From: Ranitomeya imitator
Taxonomy: Eukaryota
Direction: 5' to 3'
NCBI RefSeq assembly: GCF_032444005.1
Contig: NC_091285.1
Span: 13,268,001-13,332,000 of the forward strand
Length of the DNA: 64,000 bases
Numbering within the stretch: the stretch's first letter is position 1; each line of letters begins with the position of its first letter. The notes under the pieces were generated by a model. The model was not told the origin of the DNA, did no database searches, and was given only the letters and a program-made list of their open reading frames with translations. The translations under genes and the position numbers were made by a program. Shown piece after piece: positions 42,189 through 58,045 of the stretch.

Positions 42189-43256
42189 AGACTAAAAGAA
42201 TTTCTGAAGAATCACATATTTATGCTGGGGAGTTGGGTGCGAGAAACGCTGCAGATCGGGAGGGGGAAGAGTGTGTGGGCGGAGACTGTGTGTGTGCGGT
42301 GAAGATGTGTGTGTCTGTGTGCGGGTGTTTGTGGGTGTCTGCGGGGATCGCGTGGCTGTGTGTGGGTGTCTGGGGGGCTGTGCGGGGATCGCGGGGCTGT
42401 GTGCAGGGCTGTGTGTGTGAGGCTGTATGTAGGCAGTCATCAACCTGTGGGACTACTAGTCCCATCCAGCTATGCCTGCTACAGTGACAGGTAGCCGGAT
42501 AATGGGACAGTATAATCCCATCATCAGACTACTGGGTTCAAGTGTAAAAAACAAAACAAAAACACATACAAACATATACAGACCATACAACATAGAGTGC
42601 ATACTCACCAATCACCTTGTCCCAGAAGCCATCGATTACCTGCAAAAAAATATTACAATAATAAACCAACAATATACTCCCTGATCCGCAGTAATCCTTT
42701 TAATAACGAGTGTCCCACAATGATCTCCCGTGGAGATCTGTCACATCGGTAGATGCCACCACTCTCCAGGGGATCCGGGATACAATGACTGAAGGTATCC
42801 TTCTGCACTATATCCCTCCGCCGCTGTGAGTACAGTGTTGTTCATACTGTCACTTTCGGTACTGCTGCGTGGAAAATTTCCCACACAGCATTGCCATAAA
42901 GTGAGAGCAATGAACTAAAGTAACCTCTTCAGTGATGCACTGAAGCCATTGTCTCCTGTCGTGCGTCACTGGAGGCCTATAGAGCAGTGACATCACCCGA
43001 TGTCTCTGTTCTATAGGGGAGATCGTCGTGGTGCACTCGTTATTAATTGGACTGTGTCGGACAGGGAGTATACGGTTGGTTTATTTTATTTTTTGCAGGC
43101 AATTGAGTATGGTAAGTATGGTGAAATTAAGAATATTAAAAAACTTTTTTTCTGGCTGTGTCTTTTTTTTTAACTCTTTCACTACTATAGGATTACCAAT
43201 GTATAGGTTTCTTATTGACGCCTCTCCATTATTAACCGGGCTTAATGTCACCTTAC

Positions 43257-43634
43257 CCCCTTCAAGTCGCGGCCCTTTTTCATTTTTGCGTTTTCGTTTT
43301 TCGCTCCCCTCTTTCCCTGAGCCATAACTTTTTTATTTTTCCGTCAATATGGTCATGTGAGGGCTTATTTTTTGCGGGACAAGTTGTACTTTTGAACGAC
43401 ACCATTGGTTTTACCATGTCTTTTACTAGAAAACGGGAAAAAAATTCCAAGTGTGGTGAAATTGCAAAAAAAGTGCAATCCCACACTTGTTTTTTGTTTG
43501 GCTTTTTTGCTAGGTTCACTAAATGCTAAAACTGACCTTCCATTATGATTCTCTAGGTCATTACGAGTTCATAGACACCTAACATGACTAGGTTATTTTC
43601 TATCTAAGTGGTGAAAAAAAATTCCAAACTTTGC

Positions 43635-43668
<34 letters not shown>

Positions 43669-44545
43669 GCCATTTTCCGATACCCGTAGCGTCTCCATTT
43701 TTCGTGATCTGGGGTCGGGTGAGGGCTTATTTTTTGCGTGCCGAGCTGATGTTTTTAATGATACCATTTTTGCGCAGATACGTTCTTTTGCTCGCCCGTT
43801 ATTGCATTTTAATGCAATGTCGCGGCGACCAAAAAACGTAATTCTGGCGTTTCGGATTTTTTTCTCGCTACGCCGTTTAGCGATCAGGTTAATCCTTTTT
43901 TTTAATTGATAGATCGGGCGATTCTGAACACGGCGATACCAAATACGTGTAGGTTTTTTTTTTTTTATTGTTTTATTTAGGATGGGGCGAAAGGGGGGTG
44001 ATTTAAACTTTTATATTTTTTATATTTTTTTCATATTTTTAAAAACATTTTTTTTTACTTGTGCCATGCTTCAATAGCCTCCATGGGAGGCTAGAAGCTG
44101 GCATAGCCTGATCGGCTCTGCTACATAGCAGCGATCATCAGATCGCTGATATGTAGCAGAAATGGAGGTGTGCTGTGAGCGCTGACCACAGGGGGGCGCT
44201 CACAGCCACCGGTGATCAGTAACCAAAGAGGTCTCAAGGACCTCTATGGTTACCTTCCTGATGCATCGCCGACCCCTGATCATGTGACGGGGTCGGCGAT
44301 GACGTCATATCCGGCCGCCCGGCTGGATGCGGTAGTTAAATGCCGCTGTCTGTGTTTGACAGCGGCATTTAACAGGTTAATAGCGGCGGGTGAATAGCGA
44401 TTTCACCCGCCGCTATTGCGCGCACATGTCAGCTGTACAAAACAGCTGACATGTCGCGATTTTGATGTGGGCTCACCGCCGGAGCCCACATCAAAGGGGG
44501 AGACACGATTTGAGCAGTACATGTACTGCTCATGTCATGAAGGGG
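43257..44545. mobile_element. piggyBac-like non-autonomous element (same family as 34199-35376)
   Basis: TTAC-CCCCTT...AAGGGG-TTAA; empty site CCTTACAGTAC at 33925-33935. Confidence 0.82.
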
Positions 44546-45984
44546 TTAAAGTACAAGGGTGACATTAACCCCTTATTACCCCATATCCCACTGCTACAGG
44601 GCAGTGAGAAGAGAGGAGCTAAGTGCCAGAATTGGCGCATCTTACAGATGCGCCGTTTCTGGGGCGGTTGTAGGCTGGTATTTGCAGCAGGGGGGACAAT
44701 ATCCATGGCTCCTCTCTAGGCTATGAATATCAGCCCGCAGCTGTCTGAGTAGCCTTTCTGGCTATAAAATATAGGGGGACCAGACATCATTTTTGGGGGG
44801 TCCCCCTATTTTAATAGCCAGTAAAGGCCACGCAGACAGCTTTGGGCTGATATTCATAGCCTGGGAGGAGGCCATGAGTATTACCTTCTTCCTAGGCTAT
44901 AAACATCGACCCCCAGCCACTGGCTTTCCCACTCTGGACTTGAAAATTGAGCAGGAGCCCACGCACTTTTAAAAAAAAAAATTAAACAGATATTGTGTTT
45001 CAGGCCGGGGTCACACTTGCGAGACACTTGCACGAGTCTCTCGCCTCAATACCCGACACTACAACTGGCACTCTGGACCGGAGTGTGCGGCTCCATGTAT
45101 TTCTATGCAGCTGGACGCTCCTGTCCAAGTGCCGGGTATTGAGGTGCGAGACGTGTGCGAGTTTCTCGTAAATTGTGACCTCGGCCTAAAGCAGATTTTT
45201 TCTATCTATAGATAGATTTAGATATAGATTCAATTGACAGATGGAGAGATATCTATGTATACATAGATATATCTATCTATAGATAGACATATATATCTAT
45301 GTTTTCATTTGGAATAGAGTGTGCAGCTCCCAGCGCCTCTGTATATATGGAAATAAAGGCTACTATGAGGATTCAGCTTCCTTCTGTTATTTTGCGCATA
45401 ATGTAAATTTCTGCTTATTTATACTCACAGGATTATATAGACAAGTATGCAAATTAATTGTAAGTACTCAGGGTGATCCTGACAAGCATAATGGATATGC
45501 CCTGCGGTCATACAGAGTCCAGAACTTGTTCTTCAAGGTTGGGGGATGCTTGGAGAAAAGTCCATGTACATGATTAATTCAGGGAACAAGGTGGATGACA
45601 AAATGGTTTCCTTCACAATCCCGTTCATCTAGTGCCGGATACACAAATTGTGCTATTGATGCCTATACGCTTTCCACACTGTGCTGTATACCCTCCATAT
45701 AGCGCTGTATATTCCTGAAATTCAGTTCTTCCCCAAATATTGCAGTATACAACACATGAACACCAAATAGTACTATGGATCCACCCCCACACAGCACCAG
45801 ATTCCTTAACCCCCAAGACCCTCAGTGTTAACCCATTAGAGCCTGCAATGTTTCCAGCTGCAGTCATCCCAGCACAGTGCTATCTGCAGCCCCTTCCCCT
45901 CCTCCCCGGCAGCTGTAGCTTCTCCTCAGAAGATGTGGGGGGCTCTTAGAAGAGCCTTTGTGTTGTTTTAGCAGAACAGAGAAC

Positions 45985-46428
<444 letters not shown>

Positions 46429-47471
46429 TTAGCTCCGCCCCTTCCTCTGCTGATTGGCCAAGCACAGAACTGTTAGTGAATTTGAATTTCCGGCTTATTT
46501 TGTTTTTTTTCCAGCTTCTACCACGATGACCCTAAAAATAGTCACAAACCGGAGCTCGGAGTGATTACAATGTGAGAACCAGATCTGGAGATCAGTCTGT
46601 CAGTTATAGTGCTGTATTCTCACCATCCACATAGTAGTGTTTAACCTCTATTTTTTATTTAGCTCTAATTATAGTATTATTGTTAACGTTGTTACTTATG
46701 ACTGTTGTGTTTGAAACTGTTAAACTGTAAAGCGCCGTGGAATATGTTGGCGCTATGTAAATTATTATATACTACTGTATTCCTCCATGTAGTGCTATAA
46801 ACCCTCAAAGTGCTTTATACCCTCCGTATTGTGCTCTGCTCACGTAGCAGCAGCGCCTGTGTCACGACACTACTGCTCCATTAATGATGTGAGATTCAGA
46901 CCTACAAATAGATCATTCTTTGGGAGCTTATTGACCATGTGCCTTCTGCTGTTTGCAGAGCAGAGGGTGTGTAATATCAGGAATATCAGCGAGAACACAG
47001 AGCTCCAATGAGATTTAAGAGAAACTGCTGGAAACATCATTAACACTGAAAGTCCTTACACAGCCCATCTCCACCTATTGTCAGCAGAACAACGTAACCA
47101 GAGAACTAGGACTCCGCACTCTGGGAGAACAGGATCCAGTGACTAAAGTGCAATAGGGCATTAATGGTGGCCGGCATCTGCCCCTTTATGGCCAGACCAT
47201 TCCCAGCATTCCACATCCGCTCTATAGACCACTATCAACATCATCATTCTCCCCATCTTTATATCACCTTCCTCTAATCTCCATCCCAACTTGTGCTCTA
47301 AGGACAGAAACAGACCCTCGTCTGAGCCTCTGAACAAATGAGATGACGGTCAGTGCAGCCACATGTTCCCCATTGAAAAGAGTAGAACAAAAGCAGCCAC
47401 AGCTCTGATGTAGACGGGGTGGGTGGCTCTTAGAAGAGCCTTTGGGTTGTGGGTGCAGAGCACGGAGCAGA

Positions 47472-47873
<402 letters not shown>

Positions 47874-48114
47874 TCACTAGAAAAGAAAATAATGATCCTG
47901 CTCCTCCCAGAGCGGCCGTATTTATAGAGCGGCCATGCAAATGAGCAATGCTGTCAGATCGCTGTTCTATTGGGCGAGAATATGGTGTGACCACAGCAGG
48001 CATAATGATCTCCGCCCTCTGCAGCTCATTGGTGTTACCACAAGCCTTGTTTTTATTGGTGAATTGAGATCCAGCTGATGGCAGCAGAGGAAGAGGGGGA
48101 GTAGCAGGTTATAA

Positions 48115-48558
<444 letters not shown>

Positions 48559-49913
48559 GCGCCACTGACCCCGTATCATCCACACAACCCAAAGGCTCTT
48601 CTAAGAGCCACCCACACCGTCACCACAAGAGCTGACGCCGCTGATCTCTGGTGTGATGTTCTGTATGGATGTGTTATGTGGCACAGATTTTGCATAACAT
48701 TTGGGGATATAGCTGCAGTTAATCCTGTCTCCATAATTACTTGGCAAAGTGGGGATTATTGTGTAACTTCCTTCATTGTGAAGTTTCATACATGGCATGT
48801 ATTACAGTATCACTCCACATAAAACAATAAGAGCCTTGTTCAGCTTGAAGGATCTGGAGGCACTGGTGACCGGAGGATTGATGGCTGCATGCGGCTGTTC
48901 TTCCCTACATCCTATCCTCTGGAGTCGGAGCCTTCAGGGCGGCCAGAGCTGCCGCTCTATGTATATAGCAAGCAGCGTTCGAGGTCCGTCACTCAAATGA
49001 CGGCACATCGCTAGCGCACACCCAATGTGGGCATGCGCTAGCAATGCGTTCGCCATTACAAGCAATGGCGGCATTAGTGTAACGTAGTCCGTTAAACGTA
49101 CTGCCATAATGCAATGGGAACCTAGCCTAAAGCCTGCAAGGGCAGGGTCCTCGCCCCTCTGTATCAGTCTGTCATTGTTAGTTTACTGTTAGTGATATCT
49201 GTAATTTGTATGTAACCCCTTCTCGTGTACAGCACCATGGAATCAATGATGCTATATCAATAAGGTATTCAGCAATATATGGGCATATTAGTATACATTT
49301 TTATAGCGCCATTTATTCCATGGAGCTTTACATGTGAATATGGGGCAAATATAGACAAATACATTAAACATAAGCAAATAACAAGGCACACGGGTACATA
49401 AGGAGGGAGGACCCTGCCTGCGAGGGCTCAGTCTGCAGGGGGTGGGTGATGAAACACTATGAGAGGGGCACAATATGGCAGTATACAGCAATCTATAACA
49501 CTATATAGGGGTATACAGAATATGGAGGGATATAAAGCACCATATGGCAGTATACAGCAGTCTATTGAGGATATATAGAACTTAATTGCCTGGTACACAG
49601 TATAATTGCATTATGTCCTCAATACACGTATTCTATAGTATCACACTCCATATAGCGCTACATAACCCCATATAAAGCCGTATATACGGCCATAGGATGA
49701 TCTTTCATCAAAAAGTATAATATACAGTCACATGGAATCTACAAGATGATCCCCTCAGTCTGTCAGGAGCCGCCGCCATGACACCACGTGTTACTGAGGA
49801 GAACAAAGAGCGGGAGAAACTATCAGCCGTTGGGCGGGAATTTCACATTCAGCCAATCAGCACTCAGTAGGGCTATGGCTCCACCCACAGGCTCACTTCC
49901 CCGCATACACTTG

Positions 49914-50073
49914 GTGTTAACCCTTTAGTGCCCGATGTTTCCAGCTCCCACAGAGCAGCCTGCAGCCATCCGGGCACCGGGCGATCACCAGACCCTCCCC
50001 CAGCAGCAGGAGCCGCGGCTTCTCCTCACATGTGGGCGGAGCACAGAACTGTTGGGGATTTTGAATTTCCCGC
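49914..50073. other. Second H4-less flank junction
   Basis: Near-identical to 40791-40950. Confidence 0.6.
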
Positions 50074-50584
50074 ACTTTTTCCTTTCATTTTCCCGAGGAG
50101 GTTACATCTAGTCACAGACCTGAGTCCGATCATCACTGGTCAGGGGAGCAAAGGGTTATAGTCTCTGTATACCCCCCCCATATAGTGCTATATACTCTCC
50201 ATGTTGTTGATCGCTTTCTCCATTAATGACAATGTGAGATTCAGACCTAGGAATAGATCAGTCTTTAGTTCATCATTGATCAGGAGCCTCCACCGGTCGG
50301 GGGGGTGAAGAGTGCGTAATATCAGGGGAATATAAGCAAGAAATTGCAGAGAGCTCCGATCCCATCTCTGGCTACAACCAGCAGAACATTGGAGCAGACG
50401 GCACTAGGACCCAGCGCTCTGGGAGAGAATGGGATCCAGTGAGAGGTGACTGAGCAGGAGCCTCCATCCCATGTAATCTAATGGGATCCTCTAACTTCCC
50501 AACATCATTAAGTGGAGCCGAAACTGGATCCAACGTTCTAGATGTTACTCCTCTATATATCGCTTCTGAGGCCACATTCATTTG

Positions 50585-50890
50585 GATCACAGGATGTTTT
50601 ATTTTATACACCTGGAAATCTTGTTTGCTTTTCCAGCTGCTGCCTGACATTGAGTGCTGCTGCTCAGCTTACTTTTAAACAGAATACACAAGTCCTTCTG
50701 TTCTGTAGTCCCGAGCATATTTCCATTTATTGTATGAGCAGCAATAGTATCACTCCATCCTAGGTGCGTTACTCTACATTTTTAAACCTCATCTGCCGAG
50801 TGTTTGTCTATTCAGACGTTTTATTTAGATTGTTCTGATTGTGTGGCCAATGTCAGATTTTATTATCCTACATAGATTGGTGTCAAAGTC
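50585..50890 (-). mobile_element. CR1 LINE RT fragment, degenerate
   Basis: Translates to KLSSSTQCQAAAGKANKISRCIK, a CR1 RT C-terminal signature. Confidence 0.65.
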
Positions 50891-51468
50891 TTACACTTTA
50901 CACAATCCCACCCACAAGGTCAGATTCAAAAGAATTAGCCCTAATAGATCCTTGTGATCCCCACTGCTCCTAGTACAGAGATCCTTGTGATCCCCAAAGC
51001 TCCCAGTACAGATCCTTGTGGTCCCCACTGCACCCAGTAGAGATCATTGAGGTCCCCACTATTGATCACATCACATTTAGAGAATGTACAGTTTACAGCA
51101 CGATACCTGTCAACCAGTTCTTTACCCGTCTGTATATAGTATTTATTCCCAGCTTTTGGAGCTTCAGTATCAGTCCAAATATATCACATTGACCACATAA
51201 TTAACATCCAGAACTAACATCCAGAATAGCACTTTCCCATATAAATCCAACATTTAAGTTAGCCACAACTTCTCTTTCATGAATCCATACTGGTGATATT
51301 ATATTTTCTGAGATATAGGTTTGCAAGTTATTTTATAATGCCGGTCAGTGCACCTACTTGTTCCCCAGAGAGAGGAGCGAGACAGACAAGCAGCCACAGC
51401 TCTGATGTAGACGGGGTGGGTGGCTCTTAGAAGAGCCTTTGGGTTGTGGGTGCAGAGCACGGAGCAGA

Positions 51469-51870
<402 letters not shown>

Positions 51871-52113
51871 TCACTGGAAAAGGAAAATAATGATCCTGTT
51901 CCCCCCCAGAGCGGCCGTATTTATAGACCGGCCATGCAAATGAGCAATGCTGTCAGATTGTTGTTCTATTGGGTGAGATAGTCATGTGACCAATGTTAAT
52001 GTCATGATCTCCGCCCACTGCAGCCCATTGGTGTTTCCACAAGTCTTGTTTCTATTGGTGACTTCAGATTCAGCCAATGGCAGGAGAGGAGGCGGGGCAG
52101 CAGTAGGTTATAA

Positions 52114-52569
<456 letters not shown>

Positions 52570-53914
52570 GCACCACTGATCCCATCTATCCACACAACCC
52601 AAAGGCTCTTCTAAGAGCCACCCACACCGTCACCACAAGAGCTGATCTCCGGTATTAGAATCTGTATATACAGAGCTGCTATATATCCTAGATTCTGTGT
52701 AACACTGGGGTGTATGGGTAATAGCTATGCCAGGCAGTGACTATAATAATAAATAATAATAATAATCTTTATTTATATAGCGCCAACATATTCCGCAGCG
52801 CTTTACAGTTTAACAGTTTCAAACACAAAAGTCATAAGTAACAACGTTAACAATACAATAATTAAAGCAAAATAAGATGACCCTGCTCATGAGAGCTTAC
52901 AATCTACAATGAGGAGGGGGAGATACAAAGCACAGGTGTATTTACAATGATGTATTTACAATGATGGTCCGGTCATCTTCAGGGGGTGGGGGATAGATGG
53001 GGATAGTGAATATAAGTTACTATAATCCTGTGTTGGCACAGTACCACTGATGAGGTGCATTATGTGGGGTTGCAACCATAGTTGCTGTATATCTAACCTC
53101 AGCTACTGTATTCTCACCCAGCCCTTGTAGATTGTGAGCCCCCTCGGGCAGGGTCCTCTCCTCCTGGACCAGTTGTGATTTGTATTAATATTGCACTTTG
53201 TATTATATAGGCCCATTTTCACATGTGAAATGCCATGTTATAAATGGCGCTGTAACTACATCCCATATTGACCTGTATATTCCCATTTGTTGTATACTGC
53301 CATACAGTGATGTGAATGCATAGCATTGTACTCTTTTAGACAGCTGTATACTTATAACAGTTCAGTATACCTCAATATAGTGCTGTAAATCCCCAAACCG
53401 CACAATATACCATCACACAGTGCTGACTCCATCATACCAGTTACAGCCTGAGACTCTCCCGCCCTCACACATATTCCATAACAAAGAGTGGAAGAAACTG
53501 CCATTGTCTGCAAATTTCATATTCAATGGCAGCCAATCAGCACTCTGTCTCCGCACACGCCACCAGGATGCTCAGTGTTAACTCATTAGTTCCTGTGATG
53601 TTTTCAGCCACCACTAGAGCAGACTGCAGTCATCCCAGCACATGGACAAGCGCCAGCAGATGTGGGCAGCTCGGAGAAGAGTCTGTGTTACAGGATAAGA
53701 AATAACCTAAAGCCGTAGACCGTATGACCCTGGCGCATACACAACATCCATAGCTGTGATTGTTTTCATCTTGGCATGGTGTAGGTGATGGCGTAATAGA
53801 TATTCTCCAGAAATACTGTCAGGATGCCATGAGTCTCCTCCTAGATGAGATCAGAGATGCACTTGATGCCTCCTCTGGAAATGAGATGTTGGATGGCAGG
53901 TTTGGTGATGACCT

Positions 53915-54076
53915 CAGGGGTGTAACTACAACAGGTGTAGGGGTTGCAATCGCACCGGGCCCTAAAAGTCCCTTTGGCCTGTAGAAAAACACTATTGCTA
54001 TTAAAGATTTAAAATGTTTGGGGGGCCCCGTTGGCGCTTTCGCATCGGGACCCATGAGTTTCAAGTTACGCCACTG
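53915..54076. mobile_element. hAT-type MITE in the H4 pseudogene
   Basis: TIRs CAGGGGTGTAACT / AGTTACGCCACTG; 8-bp TSD GATGACCT/GCTGACCT. Confidence 0.75.
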
Positions 54077-54154
54077 GCTGACCTGAATGTTATCACGGAG
54101 AACCTTCCGGTGCCGCCCTTCCCCAGACCTTGTCTTTCTTAACTGCAACCAAAC

Positions 54155-54450
54155 TAGTGATGGGTCATTCGCGAATGGTTTGGAACCAATAGCCGGCTCC
54201 CTGCTGTGAATGATTGGAGCCGGGAGCCCGGTGAGAGTCACTAAATTCTCCAAATGGCTCTCACTGGGCGTAAAATCCCGATGTTCGGCAGAAGTAACGC
54301 CGCCAACTCATCAAGTCAATTGTTTAACAGCAAATGGGCAGAGTTTCAGCTACATTAACATCAGCTTAAATATGTGTTCACGTATTAATACATTTCTTAT
54401 GGATCCAAAAAGAGCCAGATTACCATAAAGAGCCGCCCTGCCCAAAACTA
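54155..54450. mobile_element. Second hAT-type MITE in the H4 pseudogene
   Basis: TAGTGATGGG...CCCAAAACTA; 8-bp TSD AACCAAAC/AACCAAAT. Confidence 0.65.
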
Positions 54451-55018
54451 AACCAAATATCTTCCAGATAGTCAGAAGAAGAAAAACAAAAACTGATTGA
54501 CAAGTTGCACAGTCCTTCTTTATATAGACCGTGAATGGACCAGAAAGAAGACTGCAGAGATGACGCATTTCTGCTGTGGGGTTGTAAATTAATTAGGAAA
54601 AGAAGGGGCAAAGCTGAAAATGCTATTTCGTTGAGCCCAGAACTGTTCATGATTTTCATTTTTTCTCACTCATTGTTCAATTTTTATTGCTTTTTTTTTT
54701 TCCCCAACTTCTAACGTGATGTTAGAAAGTAAAAAAAAAAAATAATTAATCTTCAGGAAAGTAAGCAGCAGCCAGTAATAAGCAAGACTCATTTCATTAC
54801 TGGTAGCAACGGCTTCCTCTATATCCCACTTTGTGAGGATGGGCGGCCACTACCGGTCTCTGGTACTAAGAAGAAAGGCGTGAAGCTGGCGCAGGCTGAA
54901 CCTGGACTGGATCCAGTAGACTCATATATTCCAAGAAACAACCGCAATCAGAAAATGGATTTCGAATGCGTCACATACGTGAAATTTTATTGAGGAACAC
55001 CACAGTAATTAATAAAGT

Positions 55019-56636
55019 AAACCCAAAAGAAAAGAACAACGGCCTATCTGTATGACGCTCCCAAAACAAGCCACAGAAATCCAATATGTACCAAATACGG
55101 AAGCACTAGTCATAAGTATAATCCAAAAAATTGCTTTATTAAGGATAACAAGTTTATCCACAAGTGATAAAATATAGTATATAAAAAATGGAGATGCACA
55201 TGCAACATCACAGCAGGTACAGAAACAGTATCACATCTATTGGTGAATCTCAATACAGGTATTCATAGAGAATATAGAGCTATTACACATACCATCCAAA
55301 ATAAATACAGGAAGTTGAACTGAATGATATATACAGGCTATATCAACATCTACATCTGCAAGTGAGGCCAGAACAATGCTGTGCCTTATCACATTATATG
55401 CCAGTGCACACAGATGAAGTTCTCATAAAGCCCTATCAGGTCTATCTCTCAAGTGTTAGCCCAATGCTGGTAATCAAACAGTGCTGCCGCACACATAATA
55501 CACATTAAAGCCCATCTCTATGTTGTATATAAATAAAATAAGGGTGATACGTGACCTGCACACGCTGTGAAGAGCCCCAACGCGCGTTTCGCGTTAGCTT
55601 CGTCCGGGGGTTGCTGTTGTAGGTGTTAAAATGTGGGGTTTATATAGTTGTGCCTTCATTGGTGGGGGCGGCGTGGTAATGGCGCTCGCTTCCCTGTGCC
55701 GAGTCCCGGCGCATGCGCAGGTCGGCGTCCTCGTCACTGTTCCGCTTTCCCGTCTGACGCGTCAAGACGGGGGGCGGAGCCAGCAACGTACCAGACGCGT
55801 TGCCACAGCAGCGCGAGGAAACAGCCCAGAGGCGGAGCGCACTCACCGCTCTGTAGTGTGCTGATGGTAATAGTGGAAAGACTATGCAGATAGTTTTAAG
55901 GGGCAGGTGTAACGCGTCTGGTACGTTGCTGGCTCCGCCCCCCGTCTTGACGCGTCAGACGGGGATGCGGAACAGTGACGAGGACGCCGACCTGCGCATG
56001 CACCGGGACTCGGCACAGGGAAGCGAGCGCCATTACCACGCCGCCCCCACCAATGAAGGCACAACTATATAAACCCCACATTTTAACACCTACAACAGCA
56101 ACCCCCGGACGAAGCTAACGCGAAACGCGCGTTGGGGCTCTTCACAGCGTGTGCAGGTCACGTATCACCCTTATTTTATTTATATACAACATAGAGATGG
56201 GCTTTAATGTGTATTATGTGTGCGGCAGCACTGTTTGATTACCAGCATTGGGCTAACACTTGAGAGATAGACCTGATAGGGCTTTATGAGAACTTCATCT
56301 GTGTGCACTGGCATATAATGTGATAAGGCACAGCATTGTTCTGGCCTCACTTGCAGATGTAGATGTTGATATAGCCTGTATATATCATTCAGTTCAACTT
56401 CCTGTATTTATTTTGGATGGTATGTGTAATAGCTCTATATTCTCTATGAATACCTGTATTGAGATTCACCAATAGATGTGATACTGTTTCTGTACCTGCT
56501 GTGATGTTGCATGTGCATCTCCATTTTTTATATACTATTTTTTATCACTTGTGGATAAACTTGTTATCCTTAATAAAGCAATTTTTTGGATTATACTTAT
56601 GACTAGTGCTTCCGTATTTGGTACATATTGGATTTC
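55019..56636. mobile_element. Fold-back PLE terminal-repeat insertion (726-bp arms, 109-bp spacer, 57-nt extension)
   Basis: Arms 55076-55801 and 55911-56636; CAGTAATTAATAAAGT at 55003-55018 and 56636-56651; CCAAT, TATA, hammerhead motif and AATAAA in each arm. Confidence 0.85.
56102..56137 (+). ncRNA. Minimal hammerhead-like motif, CGGACGA core (mirror copy on minus strand at 55575-55610)
   Basis: CCCC-CGGACGA-AG-CTAACG-CGAAAC-GCGC-GTT-GGGG. Confidence 0.6.
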
Positions 56637-56654
56637 AGTAATTAATAAAGTGAT

Positions 56655-56696
56655 GAGGTAACGTTTCGACCCCTTGATGGGTCTTTATCAAAACTC
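56655..56696 (-). ncRNA. Minimal hammerhead motif, U3-A8 core variant
   Basis: GAGTT-TTGATAA-A-GACCC-atcaag-GGGTC-GAAA-CG-TT-ACCTC. Confidence 0.6.
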
Positions 56697-57600
56697 ACTG
56701 AAAAAAACATAGAAATACAATATAATAAAGATGTAGTGTGGCCGAGAGAAACAAAGAAAAGCACAACAATCAAAATTATACAAACATAATACAAAAATAT
56801 GGTGCACCAGGTGAGCGTGTAAAGTCGGGTGTGTACGCACAATAAAAGCAAAGGCCAGAAAATGAACATATATACAGCCAATAATATACAAAAAATGAAC
56901 ACATATACAGATAATGCCCATGGAGGATATAAAATAAACGAAATCGACACGGCTGCATAAAGGTTGGCAACAGCGGAGGAGGATAGCTACAAGAGGATCA
57001 ATTAAATATGACAGATATTGGTAAATTGAAAACAACGAAGAAGAAAGTGAAGGTCATACAAACGGGGATCACCACACAGAGGATTCAGCAAAATTAGACA
57101 CAGTTTTTATTGATGTATATTAATACACATGAAACATGCAAAAGAAAAAACACAATTTAAAAACAATTAAAAAGGAAACATACTTGTCCCTAATAAGCAC
57201 AGCCCACAATAAGGCTTACACCTACGCCAGAAAAATCAGGCCAATACCCTGTAGGAGGATGCCTATATGGACACCTCCGTACATACACATGCAATACAAT
57301 AGGGCAAACCCATAAATGAGTCCTGAGAGGTAGAGAGACAAAAGAACAATCCTACCAAAACATAGCATAATGCAGTTCACACAATCAGTGCTGCTACTAA
57401 TGCAGCCAAAAATGCTACCCCTAGTAAGGAAATATCCCTAATCAGCATACACAGGAGTAATCGTCCCGACTCACATCACCAAATAAGGCTAAATGTGAGT
57501 AAAAGTGCAGGGAGCCCCATGTGAAGCCGTTCACATACAATACCATGACCCGATAAACAGTCGTGTATGGCCTGATCAAATAAGCGCAGGTGAAGCGGAG

Positions 57601-57640
57601 ACCCGACGCGTGTCGCCACACTGAGGTGGCTTCATCAGGT
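57601..57640 (-). ncRNA. Hammerhead motif with GAAA changed to GACA (probably inactive)
   Basis: ACC-TGATGA-A-GCCAC-ctcagt-GTGGC-GACA-CGCG-TC-GGGT. Confidence 0.55.
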
Positions 57641-57654
57641 GGCTCCCTGCGACA

Positions 57655-58045
57655 TAGTATATAACACAGGCCGCGCAGTATATAACACTGGCCACATAAT
57701 ATATAGCACAGCCCACGTAGTATACAGCAGCCACGCAGTATATAACGCAGCCCACGCAGTATATAACACAGGCGACGTAGTATTTAACAGGCCACGCAGT
57801 ATATAACACTGGCCACGTAATGTATAGCACAGCTCACGCAGTATATAGCAGCCACATAATATATTGCACAGCCCACGCAATATATAGCAGCCACGTAGTA
57901 TATAACACTGCCCACACAGTATATAGCAGTCATGTAGTATATAACACTGCCCACGCAGTACATAACACAGCCCACATAGCATATAACACTGCCTATATAG
58001 TATATAGCAGCCACGCGGTATCTGACACAGCCCACATAGTATACA
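57655..58045. repeat. ~20-bp degenerate minisatellite (CACGTAGTATATAGCAGC-like)
   Basis: Direct reading. Confidence 0.75.

Larger units (their letters stand above)
53703..54460 (-). pseudogene. H4: Histone H4 pseudogene
   Basis: Aligns to H4 with deletions, ATG changed to ATA, destroyed stem-loop, two MITE insertions; H4-type promoter retained near 54520-54570. Confidence 0.85.
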
